Assembly: GCA_049890015.1 (NCBI GenBank)
Contig: JBMHCH010000010.1
Span: forward strand, 7,566 to 71,565
Origin: Candidatus Puniceispirillaceae bacterium
GTDB lineage: Bacteria; Pseudomonadota; Alphaproteobacteria; Puniceispirillales; Puniceispirillaceae
Reading direction: 5' to 3'
DNA: 64,000 nucleotides
In this document: positions 21,046 to 37,160 of the stretch, in pieces
Layout of the letters: every line of letters begins with the position of its first letter
How positions within the stretch are numbered: the first letter of the stretch is position 1
Position numbers and translations under genes: made by a program
The notes under the pieces: generated by a model
Told to the model about the DNA's origin: nothing
The model's input: only the letters and a program-made list of their open reading frames with translations
Databases searched by the model: none

Positions 21046-22034
21046 CAGGCAGCCTCCGCTTCGTGGAGACCGGCAAAGAATCTGTCAACAGCGGCAAAGA
21101 CGACATCGGCGTCAGTGGTGTTGTTGGCGATGTCGCGCAGGTCTGCCGCCCCGGCAAGGCCGTGCGCGTACCAGGCAATATGCTTGCGCGCCAGACGCAT
21201 CGCCGGCGTGCCGTAGTGGGTCAGCATGTCGTCCAGATGCTGTTGCATCATGCCATGACGCTCGGCAATGCAGGGGTCTGGCCGGACAGCGCGCCCGCTC
21301 AGCAAATCGCCGGCCTGCGCCAGGCGCCATGGCCGTCCCTGGGCACCGCGCCCGATCATCACACCTGACGCGCCGCTTGCCGCCATGGCCGCGCTGACGT
21401 CGCTCATGTCACGGATATCTCCATTGACGATGACCGGCATGTCAACGGCCTCGACAACAGCGCGGACAGCACGCCAGTCCGCGCTGCCGTTATACATCTG
21501 GCATCTTGTGCGACCATGGACCGCCAGCATGGCGACACCTGCATCAGCGGCACGCCTGGCGATGGACGGGGCATTCAGGCTGTCATCATCCCACCCAAGA
21601 CGCATTTTCAGCGTGACCGGCACGTCAACGGCCCTGCTCACCGCCTGCAGAATGGCACCCGCCAACGGCTCGTCACGCATCAGCGCCGATCCCGAAAGCT
21701 TGCCGGTCACCTTCTTTGCCGGACATCCCATGTTGATATCGACGAAGGTTGCGCCCAGATCGGCAGCAATCCGCGCTGCTTCCGCCATGATCTGCGGGTC
21801 CCAGCCGGCAAGCTGCACCGACAGCGGCACCTCGCTGACGGTATCGGTGCGCAGTTTCCGCATCTCAGACTTCACGTCTCGCAGGATCGCTGCGCTTGCC
21901 ACCATCTCGGTGACGACAAGGCCACCGCCGGCGCGCCGCACGGCGCGGCGGAAGGGCATGTCTGTCACACCGGACATGGGTGCCAGAATGGCTGCATGCG
22001 GCACCGGGATGCCGCCGATGGAAAGGGTCATCAC
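21045..22034 (-). CDS. dusB: tRNA-dihydrouridine synthase B (NifR3)
   Basis: [37 protein letters not shown]; leads ntrBC. Confidence 0.95.
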   Translation of the reverse strand: MMTLSIGGIPVPHAAILAPMSGVTDMPFRRAVRRAGGGLVVTEMVASAAILRDVKSEMRKLRTDTVSEVPLSVQLAGWDPQIMAEAARIAADLGATFVDINMGCPAKKVTGKLSGSALMRDEPLAGAILQAVSRAVDVPVTLKMRLGWDDDSLNAPSIARRAADAGVAMLAVHGRTRCQMYNGSADWRAVRAVVEAVDMPVIVNGDIRDMSDVSAAMAASGASGVMIGRGAQGRPWRLAQAGDLLSGRAVRPDPCIAERHGMMQQHLDDMLTHYGTPAMRLARKHIAWYAHGLAGAADLRDIANNTTDADVVFAAVDRFFAGLHEAEAA

Positions 22035-22075
22035 AAACCCGCCAGGTTGATACAGGACTGGAACAGCAACCGAAT

Positions 22076-22112
22076 TGCCGAAATTTCAGGCATATTGCCC
22101 CAAAAGAAGGCA
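22076..22112. promoter_or_regulatory. Tandem NtrC-type TGC-N11-GCA sites in the dusB/ispDF divergent promoter
   Basis: tgccgaaatttcaggca (22076-22092) and tgccccaaaagaaggca (22096-22112), 20 bp apart. Confidence 0.5.
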
Positions 22113-22200
22113 GCTTTTCCAGTTATTTCATATCATCAGGCGACATTGATTGCGCCTGATAATCATGGACTTCGCTCATGCGTTTGGGGATAAGAAAACC

Positions 22201-23460
22201 ATGACAGCTTCGTCTCCATCCTCGCCGGCCTTTTCCCTTGCCGCAGTGATTGTCGCCGCCGGCGGCGGCAGACGCATGGGTGATGGTATCGAAAAACAGT
22301 TTCGTCTTTTCGCCGGGAAGCCGGTGCTGGCGCATGCAGCGGCGGCTTTCCTTGCGCATCCGGCAACAGCGCGCCTTGTGATGGTTGTCGCCGATGGCCG
22401 CGAAACCGCTGCCCGCGATGCACTGGCCGGTCTTGCCGATGATCCGCGTGTTCGCATCTGCACCGGCGGCGTACGGCGTCAGGATTCGGTGCGCGCCGGC
22501 CTTGCGGCAGCTGCCGGCGCCGGAGTCGATCTTGTCTCCATCCATGATGCGGCGCGCCCCTGGCTTGACGGCGCCATGATCACCAGGTTGCTGGACGCGA
22601 TGCATGATGGCGCGGCGGCGGCACTGCCTGTCCTGCCTGTCGTTGATACACTGAAACTGCTTGATGGCGGCAATGTGACCGGTACATCGGACCGCAGCAG
22701 GCTTGGCAGGGCGCAGACGCCGCAGATGTTCCGCCTCGACAGGCTTGTGGCGCTTCACGACGCCCATGATCCGGCAGTGGAGGTCACCGACGACATTCTG
22801 CTGTTCGAGGCAGCCGGAGAGCCCATTGCCGCGGTGCCTGGCGATGAAAGGCTGATGAAACTGACCACGCCCGCCGATTTCGCCATTCTTTCGGCCCTCA
22901 CCTCCGGCCTGTCCGGCCAGGGAGACATGGACATGCCATCTGACACGCCCCTTCCCGACATCCGAACAGGCAACGGCTTTGATGTGCACAGATTCGGTGA
23001 TACCCCCGGACCGGTGATCCTTGCCGGCGTCGAGATCCCGCATGACCGGGGACTGGCCGCGCATTCCGATGGCGATGTCGGTCTCCATGCGCTGTGCGAC
23101 GCCATTTTCGGGGCGCTTGCCGATGGTGACATCGGATCGCATTTCCCGCCGTCGGAAGCGCGCTGGAAGGATGCCGAGAGCGGTCAGTTCCTGACCTTCG
23201 CAAGCGAACGCTGCGCGGGGCGGGGCGCCGTCATCCTGCATCTTGACCTGACACTGATCTGTGAGACACCGAAGGTCGGCCCGTATCGCGAGGCCATGCG
23301 CAAACGAATCGCCGCCCTTGCCGACATTGATATCGAGAGGGTGGCGGTAAAGGCGACCACCTCTGAAAAGCTGGGCTTCACCGGCCGCGGTGAAGGCATT
23401 GCCGCGCAGGCAACCGCCACGCTGGCGTTCACCGGAACCCCGATCAGGCACACGGGATAG
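22201..23460 (+). CDS. ispDF: Bifunctional IspD/IspF
   Basis: [26 protein letters not shown]; then [38 protein letters not shown]. Confidence 0.96.
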   Translation: MTASSPSSPAFSLAAVIVAAGGGRRMGDGIEKQFRLFAGKPVLAHAAAAFLAHPATARLVMVVADGRETAARDALAGLADDPRVRICTGGVRRQDSVRAGLAAAAGAGVDLVSIHDAARPWLDGAMITRLLDAMHDGAAAALPVLPVVDTLKLLDGGNVTGTSDRSRLGRAQTPQMFRLDRLVALHDAHDPAVEVTDDILLFEAAGEPIAAVPGDERLMKLTTPADFAILSALTSGLSGQGDMDMPSDTPLPDIRTGNGFDVHRFGDTPGPVILAGVEIPHDRGLAAHSDGDVGLHALCDAIFGALADGDIGSHFPPSEARWKDAESGQFLTFASERCAGRGAVILHLDLTLICETPKVGPYREAMRKRIAALADIDIERVAVKATTSEKLGFTGRGEGIAAQATATLAFTGTPIRHTG

Positions 23461-23464
23461 CGCG

Positions 23465-23941
23465 ATGGACCGGAGCCCTGCGCAGAACCGGCTATGGATG
23501 ATGCTGGCCACGCTTGGCCCGGTCGGCCATCTGCGCCCTGCCCCCGGAACCTGGGGATCGGCAGCGGCGCTCCTGCCGGCGGTGGGGCTTGCGACGATCG
23601 GGGGCTGGAGCCTTGAAATCGGCGTTCTTGTCGTGAGCGTTCTCGGTATCCGCGCGGCGACGATCTTTGAGACCGTCACCGGCAGGAAGGACGCCAAGGA
23701 AATCATTATCGACGAGGTGGCCGGCCAGTGGATCACGCTTCTTGTCGTGCCTCTTGACTGGCGCTGGTGGCTTGCGGCCTTCCTCATGTTCCGCCTGTTC
23801 GATATCGCCAAACCGGGACCGGTTCGAATGGCGGAACGGTTTCCAGGCGGTCTCGGTGTGATGGCGGATGACATCGTTGCCGGCGTCCTCGCGGCTGTCT
23901 GTCTCTATCTGTTGCAGCTAGCGCTGACAGGCATGTTATGA
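23465..23941 (+). CDS. pgpA: Phosphatidylglycerophosphatase A
   Basis: APGTWGS, IIIDEVAGQW, FRLFDIAKP, GVMADDIVAG. Confidence 0.93.
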   Translation: MDRSPAQNRLWMMLATLGPVGHLRPAPGTWGSAAALLPAVGLATIGGWSLEIGVLVVSVLGIRAATIFETVTGRKDAKEIIIDEVAGQWITLLVVPLDWRWWLAAFLMFRLFDIAKPGPVRMAERFPGGLGVMADDIVAGVLAAVCLYLLQLALTGML

Positions 23942-24441
23942 CCGACAGCAACGATCAGGCCCTCGCCACCCTTGCCGCCAAGGTGATCGCCGGCGCGTCT
24001 CGAAAGCAGGCGATGCTGACTGTCGCTGAATCCTGCACCGGTGGCATGGTGGCGGCAGCCCTCACCGACATTTCCGGCGCGTCCACCGTTCTGGATCGTG
24101 GCTTTGTCACCTACAGCAATGCCGCGAAATCCGACCTTCTTGGCGTGGCCGAAGCCACCCTTGCCGCGCATGGCGCGGTGTCGAGAGAAACAGCGGCGGA
24201 AATGGCATCTGGGGCTCTGGCGGCGGCCCCGCTCTGTCATATCGCTGTGGCCGTCACCGGCATCGCAGGCCCCGGCGGCGGCAGCGCTGAAAAACCTGTC
24301 GGACTTGTCTGGTTCGGCCTTGCGGTGCGCGGCGGCGAAGTCGTCACCAGCCGCTGCCAGTTCGACGGGGACCGGACAGCCATCCGGACAAGCGCCGCCA
24401 AGACAGCCATGAACCTTTTCCTGGACGGGCTTGGCGCCTGA
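23938..24441 (+). CDS. cinA: CinA C-terminal domain / NMN amidohydrolase (PncC) family
   Basis: AESCTGG, GFVTYSN, GAVS, TGIAGPGGGS..KPVG. Confidence 0.9.
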   Translation: MTDSNDQALATLAAKVIAGASRKQAMLTVAESCTGGMVAAALTDISGASTVLDRGFVTYSNAAKSDLLGVAEATLAAHGAVSRETAAEMASGALAAAPLCHIAVAVTGIAGPGGGSAEKPVGLVWFGLAVRGGEVVTSRCQFDGDRTAIRTSAAKTAMNLFLDGLGA

Positions 24442-24476
24442 CAGCACCGATCGATGAAGAGCCAGTCCTGGCAGTG

Positions 24477-24950
24477 TCAGGACTGGGTGGCGCTGCGAGT
24501 GCTGATCCGGGCAGGCGGGCGGCCATAAAGAGCGTCGGCACGGCCCTCGAACGCCTTGACCATGCGGCGGACAGCCTCGGTGAAAAGCGTTTCGATCACC
24601 GACTGCAGCAACCGCGAATTGAATTCGAAATCGACATAGAAATCGATCTCGCAGCCATCCTGATGCGGAAGAAACCGCCAGCTGTTGCTCAGGTAGCGGA
24701 AGGGGCCCTCAGCATATTTGACATTTATTTCAAGAGCTTCCGGATCCAGTTCGACGTGAGAGGTGAAACGCTCGCGGAACATCTGAAAGCCGATAATGAG
24801 ATCGGCGCTCAATGCCCGCTCATCCTGTTCCCTAATGCGGGCGGCCATGCACCATGGCAGGAATTCGGGGTAGCGGCGGACATCGGCGACAAGGGCATAG
24901 AGCTGCTCCGGCCGGTGGGGCACCACCCTCTTTTCGGCGTGAACGGTCAT
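24477..24950 (-). CDS. ratA: RatA/PasT (Coq10-like START domain) protein
   Basis: [33 protein letters not shown]-like; conserved after lipA. Confidence 0.85.
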   Translation of the reverse strand: MTVHAEKRVVPHRPEQLYALVADVRRYPEFLPWCMAARIREQDERALSADLIIGFQMFRERFTSHVELDPEALEINVKYAEGPFRYLSNSWRFLPHQDGCEIDFYVDFEFNSRLLQSVIETLFTEAVRRMVKAFEGRADALYGRPPARISTRSATQS

Positions 24951-25903
24951 GCAGAGGCCCCGAGCGTTGCGTTGCGAGCCTGCTGCAAGGCGGCAAAGTC
25001 GGCGTCGGCGTGATAGGAGGAACGCGTCAGCGGAGTCGATGACATCAGAAGGAAACCCTTGGCGCGGCCAAGCTTGGCGTAGCTCTCGAAAATGGACGGC
25101 TCGACAAACCTGTCTACCGGCGCATGTTTCGGCGTCGGCTGCAGATACTGGCCAATCGTCATGAAATCGACATCGGCGCTGCGAAGGTCATCCATGAGTT
25201 GCCCGACCTCCTCGTCGCTCTCGCCAAGACCGACCATGATGCCGGATTTGGTGAAGATCGACGGGTCTAGCTTCTTGACCTGCTGCAGGATCGACAGCGA
25301 ATGGAAATAGCGCGCGCCGGGCCGGATCGAGGGATAGAGGCGCGGCACCGTCTCCATATTGTGATTGAAGACATCGGGGCGGGCCTCGACGACAATTTCG
25401 AGCGCGCCATCCTTGCGAAGAAAGTCCGGCGTGAGGATCTCCACCGTGGTGCCCGGCGACTGTGCGCGGATCGCGGTGATGGTCTGCGCGAAATGCTCCG
25501 CCCCGCCATCCTCCAGATCATCACGGTCGACCGAGGTGATCACGACATGGCGAAGGCCGAGCTTCGCCACCGCCTCGCCGACATGCTGCGGCTCGTGCGG
25601 GTCCAGAAGGTCGGGCCGCCCGGTGGCGACATTGCAGAAGGCGCAGGCGCGCGTGCATACCGACCCGAGGATCATCATGGTGGCGTGTTTCTGCGCCCAG
25701 CATTCGCCAATATTCGGGCAGGCCGCCTCTTCACAGACGGTAACAAGATTATGCTCGCGCATCAGAGCGCGCGTCGCGCCATATTCGGCTGATACAGGCG
25801 CCTTTACGCGCAACCAGTCCGGGCGCCGCGGCTGCGGACGGTCCGGATTGCGGCGTTTCTCAGGGTGGCGCGCGGCGCCTTTGCTCGTATTTACCTGCGG
25901 CAT
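24947..25903 (-). CDS. lipA: Lipoyl synthase
   Basis: [26 protein letters not shown]. Confidence 0.98.
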   Translation of the reverse strand: MPQVNTSKGAARHPEKRRNPDRPQPRRPDWLRVKAPVSAEYGATRALMREHNLVTVCEEAACPNIGECWAQKHATMMILGSVCTRACAFCNVATGRPDLLDPHEPQHVGEAVAKLGLRHVVITSVDRDDLEDGGAEHFAQTITAIRAQSPGTTVEILTPDFLRKDGALEIVVEARPDVFNHNMETVPRLYPSIRPGARYFHSLSILQQVKKLDPSIFTKSGIMVGLGESDEEVGQLMDDLRSADVDFMTIGQYLQPTPKHAPVDRFVEPSIFESYAKLGRAKGFLLMSSTPLTRSSYHADADFAALQQARNATLGASA

Positions 25904-25967
25904 GCGTTTTCAAGGGCCCTTTGATGCTGCCTGGGTTTCCTAGCATGGGTAGCCATGGACCGGCACT

Positions 25968-28666
<2,699 letters not shown>

Positions 28667-28668
28667 TC

Positions 28669-30042
28669 CTATGCCCCCCTGAAGCCTTCGCAGGTGGCCA
28701 GCGCCGTGGCCACAATGTCATCAACCTGCGGCAGTGCCAGCGTTTCGAGATTGGCGGCATAGGGCATCGGCACATCCTTGCCGGTCACCCGCGCCACCGG
28801 CGCGTCGAGCCAGTCAAAGGCCTGCTCCATCACCTGCATCGCAATCTCCGAGCCGACGCCGGCAAAGGGGAAGCCCTCTTCACAGGTGATCAGCCGAGAT
28901 GTCTTTTTCACTGAATTGACAATGGTTTCAGTATCAAGCGGGCGGATGGTGCGAAGATCGATCACCTCTGCGGAAATTCCCTGCTCGGCCAGCCGTTCTG
29001 CAGCTTCCAGCGCACGGCCCACCATGATCGAGAAGGCCGTGATGGTGACATCGCTTCCCTCGCGCACGATATTGGCGCGGCCGATCGGGACAACCCAGTC
29101 CTCATCATCCGGCACATCGAAGCTCTGCCCGTACATCACCTCATTCTCGAGGAAAATGACCGGGTTCGGATCGCGGATCGCGGCCTTCAGAAGGCCCTTT
29201 GCGTCCGCTGCCGACCAGGGCGACACCACCTTCAGCCCCGGACAATGCGCGTACCAGCTGGCGTAGCATTGCGAATGCTGCGCCGCGACCCGGCTTGCCG
29301 CGCCGTTAGGGCCGCGAAACACAATCGGGCATCCCATTTGCCCGCCAGACATGTACAGCGTCTTCGCTGCCGAATTGATGATCTGGTCAATCGCCTGCAT
29401 GGCGAAATTGAAGGTCATGAACTCGATCACCGGTCGAAGATCGCCAAAGGCGGCGCCGACGCCAAGACCGGCAAAACCCTGTTCGGTGATCGGCGTGTCG
29501 ATCACCCGCTTCGGACCGAATTCGGCAAGCAGCCCCTGGGTGACCTTGTAGGCACCCTGATATTCGGCAACCTCCTCGCCCATCACAAAGACGCGGTCAT
29601 CCGCCCGCATTTCCTCGGCCATTGCGTCGCGCAGAGCCTCGCGCACCGTGATCTCGCTCATCTCGCCGGCGGCGACAGGATCGTTCCCTACTGTCTCGAG
29701 GGTGGGCGGCGCGGCAGGTGACGCGGCAGCTGCCGGCGCATTCACCGCGGGTACCGGTGTCGCCACCGCAGTTGGCGTCGCAATCGCATCAGCGCTTTCG
29801 CCCTCTTCCAACAGCATGGCGATAGCCATATTGACCTTCACCGCCTCGGTGCCGGCAGGTACAAGAAGCTTGCCAATGGTGCCATCGTCCAGCGCCTCGA
29901 CCTCCATGGTCGCCTTGTCCGTCTCGATCTCGGCGATCACATCACCGCTTCGAACGGCATCGCCCTCGGCAACAAGCCATTTCGCCAGGGTTCCTTCTTC
30001 CATGGTCGGCGACAGCGCCGGCATCAGGATTTCGATCGCCAT
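28669..30042 (-). CDS. pdhB: Pyruvate dehydrogenase E1 beta subunit with N-terminal lipoyl domain
   Basis: Lipoyl ETDKAT then [25 protein letters not shown]. Confidence 0.97.
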   Translation of the reverse strand: MAIEILMPALSPTMEEGTLAKWLVAEGDAVRSGDVIAEIETDKATMEVEALDDGTIGKLLVPAGTEAVKVNMAIAMLLEEGESADAIATPTAVATPVPAVNAPAAAASPAAPPTLETVGNDPVAAGEMSEITVREALRDAMAEEMRADDRVFVMGEEVAEYQGAYKVTQGLLAEFGPKRVIDTPITEQGFAGLGVGAAFGDLRPVIEFMTFNFAMQAIDQIINSAAKTLYMSGGQMGCPIVFRGPNGAASRVAAQHSQCYASWYAHCPGLKVVSPWSAADAKGLLKAAIRDPNPVIFLENEVMYGQSFDVPDDEDWVVPIGRANIVREGSDVTITAFSIMVGRALEAAERLAEQGISAEVIDLRTIRPLDTETIVNSVKKTSRLITCEEGFPFAGVGSEIAMQVMEQAFDWLDAPVARVTGKDVPMPYAANLETLALPQVDDIVATALATCEGFRGA

Positions 30043-30045
30043 GGG

Positions 30046-31119
30046 TCAGCCCTCCACGCTTGCGGTGCGGCCGGCGACAGGCAGCAGAATATCGGTGAAC
30101 AGCTCCGACGGGTCGGGCTCCGGGCTTGTCTGGGCGAATTCCGTGGCACGCAAGACAACAGCCTTCACGTCGGAGTCGATTGTCTTGAGCGCCTCCTCGG
30201 TGAGCTCCTGCTTCAGCAGCACATCGCGCAGCTGATCGATCGGATCATGCTGCTTGCGCATGGCATCGACCTCTTCACGCGTGCGGTATTTCGCCGGATC
30301 GGACATCGAGTGACCGCGATAGCGATAGGTCTTCATCTCGAGAATGTACGGACCCTTGCCGCTGCGGCAGTGCTCCAGCGCCTCGGCGCCGGCTGCGCGG
30401 ACCGCAAGAACATCCATGCCGTCAACCTGACGACCAGGAATGCCGTAGGCGGCCCCGCGATCGGCGAGCGAACGTCCAGCCGCGGCGCGGGTTACCGCCG
30501 TGCCCATGCCATACTGGTTGTTCTCGATCACGAACAGGACAGGCAGATCCCACAGGGCCGCCATGTTGAAGCTTTCATAAACCTGTCCCTGGTTGACCGC
30601 GCCGTCGCCAAGATAGGTCAGACACACATTCGCCTCGTCACGGTATTTGTGGGAGAATGCCAGACCGCAGCCGATCGGCACCTGCGCACCGACAATGCCA
30701 TGGCCCCCGAAGAAATTCTTTTCGCGGCTGAACATGTGCATCGAGCCGCCCTTGCCGCGCGAATACCCGCCCTCGCGGCCGGTGAGCTCCGCCATCGCAC
30801 CATCGGCATCCATCCCGCAGGCGAGCATGTGGCCATGATCGCGATATGAGGTGACAACCGTATCCCCTGGCCGGCTGACAGACTGCAGGCCGACAACAAC
30901 AGCCTCCTGGCCGATATAGAGATGGCAGAAACCACCAATCTGGCCCATGCCGTAAAGCTGTCCGGCCTTTTCCTCGAAGCGGCGGATCAGCAGCATGTCA
31001 CGATACATGGTGACAAGTTCATCCTGCGGCGGCATGTCATTTACCGCGCTGGCCCCGCGCGCCGCCTTTGGCGGTCGCCCTGGCTTGCGTTTGCGTTGTG
31101 CTTTCGCCGTTTCGGCCAT
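30046..31119 (-). CDS. pdhA: Pyruvate dehydrogenase E1 alpha subunit
   Basis: GFCHLYIGQEA, GDGAVNQG...NN TPP motif, RYRGHSMSDP. RBS gggggag before ATG 31119. Confidence 0.97.
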   Translation of the reverse strand: MAETAKAQRKRKPGRPPKAARGASAVNDMPPQDELVTMYRDMLLIRRFEEKAGQLYGMGQIGGFCHLYIGQEAVVVGLQSVSRPGDTVVTSYRDHGHMLACGMDADGAMAELTGREGGYSRGKGGSMHMFSREKNFFGGHGIVGAQVPIGCGLAFSHKYRDEANVCLTYLGDGAVNQGQVYESFNMAALWDLPVLFVIENNQYGMGTAVTRAAAGRSLADRGAAYGIPGRQVDGMDVLAVRAAGAEALEHCRSGKGPYILEMKTYRYRGHSMSDPAKYRTREEVDAMRKQHDPIDQLRDVLLKQELTEEALKTIDSDVKAVVLRATEFAQTSPEPDPSELFTDILLPVAGRTASVEG

Positions 31120-31190
31120 GGGGCTCCCCCTCACATCCCTGTTTCGGACAGCATGGCGTGCAGATTCCATGCCTCACAGCAGAAGGGTTC

Positions 31191-31270
31191 ACCGAAAAAA
31201 CAATTTTTTCAATTATTTTATTATTCTGTTTTTATTGAATATTTTATGAATAAACTGAAATTCAGTTTAC
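31191..31270. promoter_or_regulatory. Very AT-rich pdh upstream region with two inverted repeats
   Basis: 8 G/C in 31201-31260; gaaaaaa-caa-ttttttc (31194-31210); taaactgaa-a-ttcagttta (31251-31269). Confidence 0.6.
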
Positions 31271-31615
31271 ATTTGAATTTTCAGAAATGTCCGAAAATTT
31301 CAAATTCGACAAGTCGATTGTAATAATGACATCGTTCGGCGCATAGAGCCCAAGCTCGGCGCGGGCTGTCTCTTCCAGCATGTCCGCATCAAGCGAATCC
31401 GCCTGCATCAATTCGATCCGTTGGGACAGGAAGGCATGATGCCTGTTCAGCAATTCAAGCTTTTCCTCGGCAAGCATGATTTTCCGGTCGAGTTCGGGAC
31501 GGGCTAGGATGCCCCGCTCACCGGCGAAGATGTGAAATCCGAAAAACAGGACAACCGAGGAGAGAAGCAGCGCGCTTCCCATCATCACCATGAATCTCTG
31601 GCGTGCCGCGTACAT
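31262..31615 (-). CDS. ftsB: Septum formation initiator FtsB/DivIC family
   Basis: One TM helix, GERG motif, coiled coil, EETARAELGLYAPND; downstream of eno. Confidence 0.8.
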   Translation of the reverse strand: MYAARQRFMVMMGSALLLSSVVLFFGFHIFAGERGILARPELDRKIMLAEEKLELLNRHHAFLSQRIELMQADSLDADMLEETARAELGLYAPNDVIITIDLSNLKFSDISENSNVN

Positions 31616-31732
31616 GTCATGCCCCTGTTGCTGGCGGTGAATATCACCTGATGGGGCAAGTGAATCAAAGCCGATTCACCAGGTCAAGAAAAAAGCGAAT
31701 CGCCAGAATCCTTAGGTTTTTGTTAATTTCAC

Positions 31733-33058
<1,326 letters not shown>

Positions 33059-33877
33059 TTACTCCCGCCGCGCCGCCTCGATGCGCTGCAGCATTCCCAG
33101 AACCGGCGGCATGGCGTCAAGCGGCAGCATGTTCGGACCGTCCGACGGCGCATTGTCCGGGTCCTGATGGCTTTCCATGAACAGGCCGCTCACACCGACA
33201 GCCACAGCCGCGCGCGCCAGCACCGGCACAAATTCGCGCTGTCCGCCGGAACTGCCGCCAAGCCCGCCGGGCTGCTGCACGGAATGGGTGGCGTCAAAGA
33301 TTACCGGATGGCCCAGATCGGCCATCTGCGGCAGGCCGCGCATGTCCGAGACAAGCGTGTTGTATCCGAAGGAGGTGCCGCGCTCGGTCAGCATGACCCT
33401 GTCATTGCCGGCCCCGGTGATCTTCTTGGCAACATGTTTCATGTCCCATGGGGCAAGGAACTGCCCCTTCTTCACATTGATGACGGTACCGGTCATTGCC
33501 GCGGCGACAAGAAGATCTGTCTGTCGGCACAAAAAGGCCGGAATCTGAAGAACATCGACGATTTCAGCCACCGGAGCGCACTGTTCGGGAAGATGAACAT
33601 CGGTCAGCACCGGACAGCCGACAGTGTCCTTCACGGCTTCGAAAATCTTGAGCCCCTCTTCAATTCCAACGCCGCGCGCCGCGCCGGCAGAGGTGCGGTT
33701 CGCCTTGTCGAAGGAGGATTTATAGACAAAGCCCATGCCGGCTTCGGCCGCCATGCCGGCAAGCCGTTCGGCACACATCAGCGCATGATCGCGCCCCTCG
33801 ATCTGGCAAGGGCCGGCAATCAGCAGAAGCGGACTGTCACCCCCACAGGGCACTTTGGAAATGTGAAGCATGGCCAT
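33059..33877 (-). CDS. kdsA: KDO 8-phosphate synthase
   Basis: [32 protein letters not shown]. Confidence 0.97.
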   Translation of the reverse strand: MAMLHISKVPCGGDSPLLLIAGPCQIEGRDHALMCAERLAGMAAEAGMGFVYKSSFDKANRTSAGAARGVGIEEGLKIFEAVKDTVGCPVLTDVHLPEQCAPVAEIVDVLQIPAFLCRQTDLLVAAAMTGTVINVKKGQFLAPWDMKHVAKKITGAGNDRVMLTERGTSFGYNTLVSDMRGLPQMADLGHPVIFDATHSVQQPGGLGGSSGGQREFVPVLARAAVAVGVSGLFMESHQDPDNAPSDGPNMLPLDAMPPVLGMLQRIEAARRE

Positions 33878-33918
33878 GGTTTGCTCTCTTCCGTCATCAC
33901 CGCCACCTGCCAGCGGCA

Positions 33919-35598
<1,680 letters not shown>

Positions 35599-35656
35599 TC
35601 ATATGGTGTTTTTCGCGGGATTTGTTGCTTGACAAATCCATGCCCGGCGGCTGGCG

Positions 35657-35971
35657 TTATTCGGTGGTCGGGACCACCGGACCGCTGGACGGGGCCGGCG
35701 TTTCGTTGATGACCTCGTCGACAATCGATACAGGCTCGCGCTGGTGGCCAGCCATGATGGCGAGGATCAGGGACGTTGCGAAGAAGCTGGCCGCAAGGAT
35801 GGCGGTGACGCGAGTCATCAGGTTTGCCGTTCCGCGCGCCGTCATGAAGCCGCCGCCAGCGCCGCCGCCACCGCCGATTCCAAGGCCGCCACCTTCAGAC
35901 CGTTGCAACAGCACCGAGCCGATCAGCGCCAGCGCAATCAGGATGTGGATCGTCAGGACAAGAGTTTGCAT
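35657..35971 (-). CDS. secG: Preprotein translocase subunit SecG
   Basis: VLLQRSEGGGLG, RGTANLMTRVT, two TM helices. Confidence 0.95.
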   Translation of the reverse strand: MQTLVLTIHILIALALIGSVLLQRSEGGGLGIGGGGGAGGGFMTARGTANLMTRVTAILAASFFATSLILAIMAGHQREPVSIVDEVINETPAPSSGPVVPTTE

Positions 35972-36109
35972 GAAGCGTCCGCCTTTTTCTCAACCGCGCT
36001 GTTATATGGGGACATCCCACGCATTTCAAGGGTATTTCAGGGGTTATTTCGCAGCTTCGGCTCACGGGAATGCACGCGTCATCCCGGCGGTGGTCCGACC
36101 AGCGCCACC

Positions 36110-36856
36110 CTATCGACCGCGCGCGACGGCGGCGCGGGCGGCAGCGGAACAGATTGCGTCGAAATCCGCTGCCTTCAGGCTGGCGCCGCCGACAAGCGCA
36201 CCGTCGACATTTTCCACAGCAAAGATGGCATCGGCATTCTCCGGCTTGACCGATCCGCCATAGAGGACCGGCACGTCAGCCATTCCCCTGTCACCGAGCC
36301 AGAAGCGGATGGAGGCGTGCATGGCGGCAATATCCTCGACACCTGCCACTTCGCCTGTGCCAATGGCCCAGACAGGCTCATAGGCCAGCATCAACCGGTC
36401 AGCGTCGATCTTCTGCGGCACCGACCCGTCAAGCTGCGACGTCACCACGCTTTCGGCGGTGCCGGCCTTGCGCTGATCGAGTGTTTCGCCGACGCAGATC
36501 ATTACGGACAGGCCAGCATCCATCGCCGTTGTCGCCTTTGCCGCGATGAGCTCGTCCCTCTCACCATGCGCCTCGCGCCGCTCGGAATGTCCAAGCAGCA
36601 CCCGGTCAGCGCCACACGCCAATAGCATGTGTGCCGCCACATCACCGGTGTGCGCGCCCGATTCCGCCTGATGGCAATCCTGCCCGCCAATATGCACATC
36701 GCTGCCGTCGAGGCGCATCGCCATCTGAACAAGATAGGGAGCCGGCGGAAACAGAATGCGCGTCACACCGTCATGCGGACTCGCCGCATAGGCGGCGGCA
36801 AGCGCGCCAGCGTCGGCGAGCGGCGGATTCATTTTCCAGTTGGCAGCAATGATCAT
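36110..36856 (-). CDS. tpiA: Triosephosphate isomerase
   Basis: AANWKMN, GHSERR, AYEPVWAIGTG, YGGSV, LVGGASL. Confidence 0.98.
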   Translation of the reverse strand: MIIAANWKMNPPLADAGALAAAYAASPHDGVTRILFPPAPYLVQMAMRLDGSDVHIGGQDCHQAESGAHTGDVAAHMLLACGADRVLLGHSERREAHGERDELIAAKATTAMDAGLSVMICVGETLDQRKAGTAESVVTSQLDGSVPQKIDADRLMLAYEPVWAIGTGEVAGVEDIAAMHASIRFWLGDRGMADVPVLYGGSVKPENADAIFAVENVDGALVGGASLKAADFDAICSAAARAAVARGR

Positions 36857-37160
36857 AGCAAAAGGTCTCCGGTGAGGCGGACAGCGTTCTTGTGCACTGG
36901 GACCCTACCTCCATGGCTCAGCCATGTCACCCCGCCCCTCGCCCCGAAAAGCGCGCGCCGGAAGGCTGACTGCGGAGGGTGGCTGTGAAAAATTTGCCCA
37001 TGATGCGATGTTCCTGCCACGCGTTCTGGAGGTGCCTCAGGGCGAGTTTGGCATTGCCCCCCTTTGGCGGAGTGTTTACAACTACGCCGCAAGATTCATG
37101 CAGGCGCGCCAGCAACACACCCGGTCGCGCCCTCGTAAGACGCAAACGCAAGGACCAACG

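Noticed and set aside
24477-24950. ratA as a toxin-antitoxin module
   Set aside because: No ratB/pasI partner; the position after lipA is the conserved housekeeping (Coq10-like) context.
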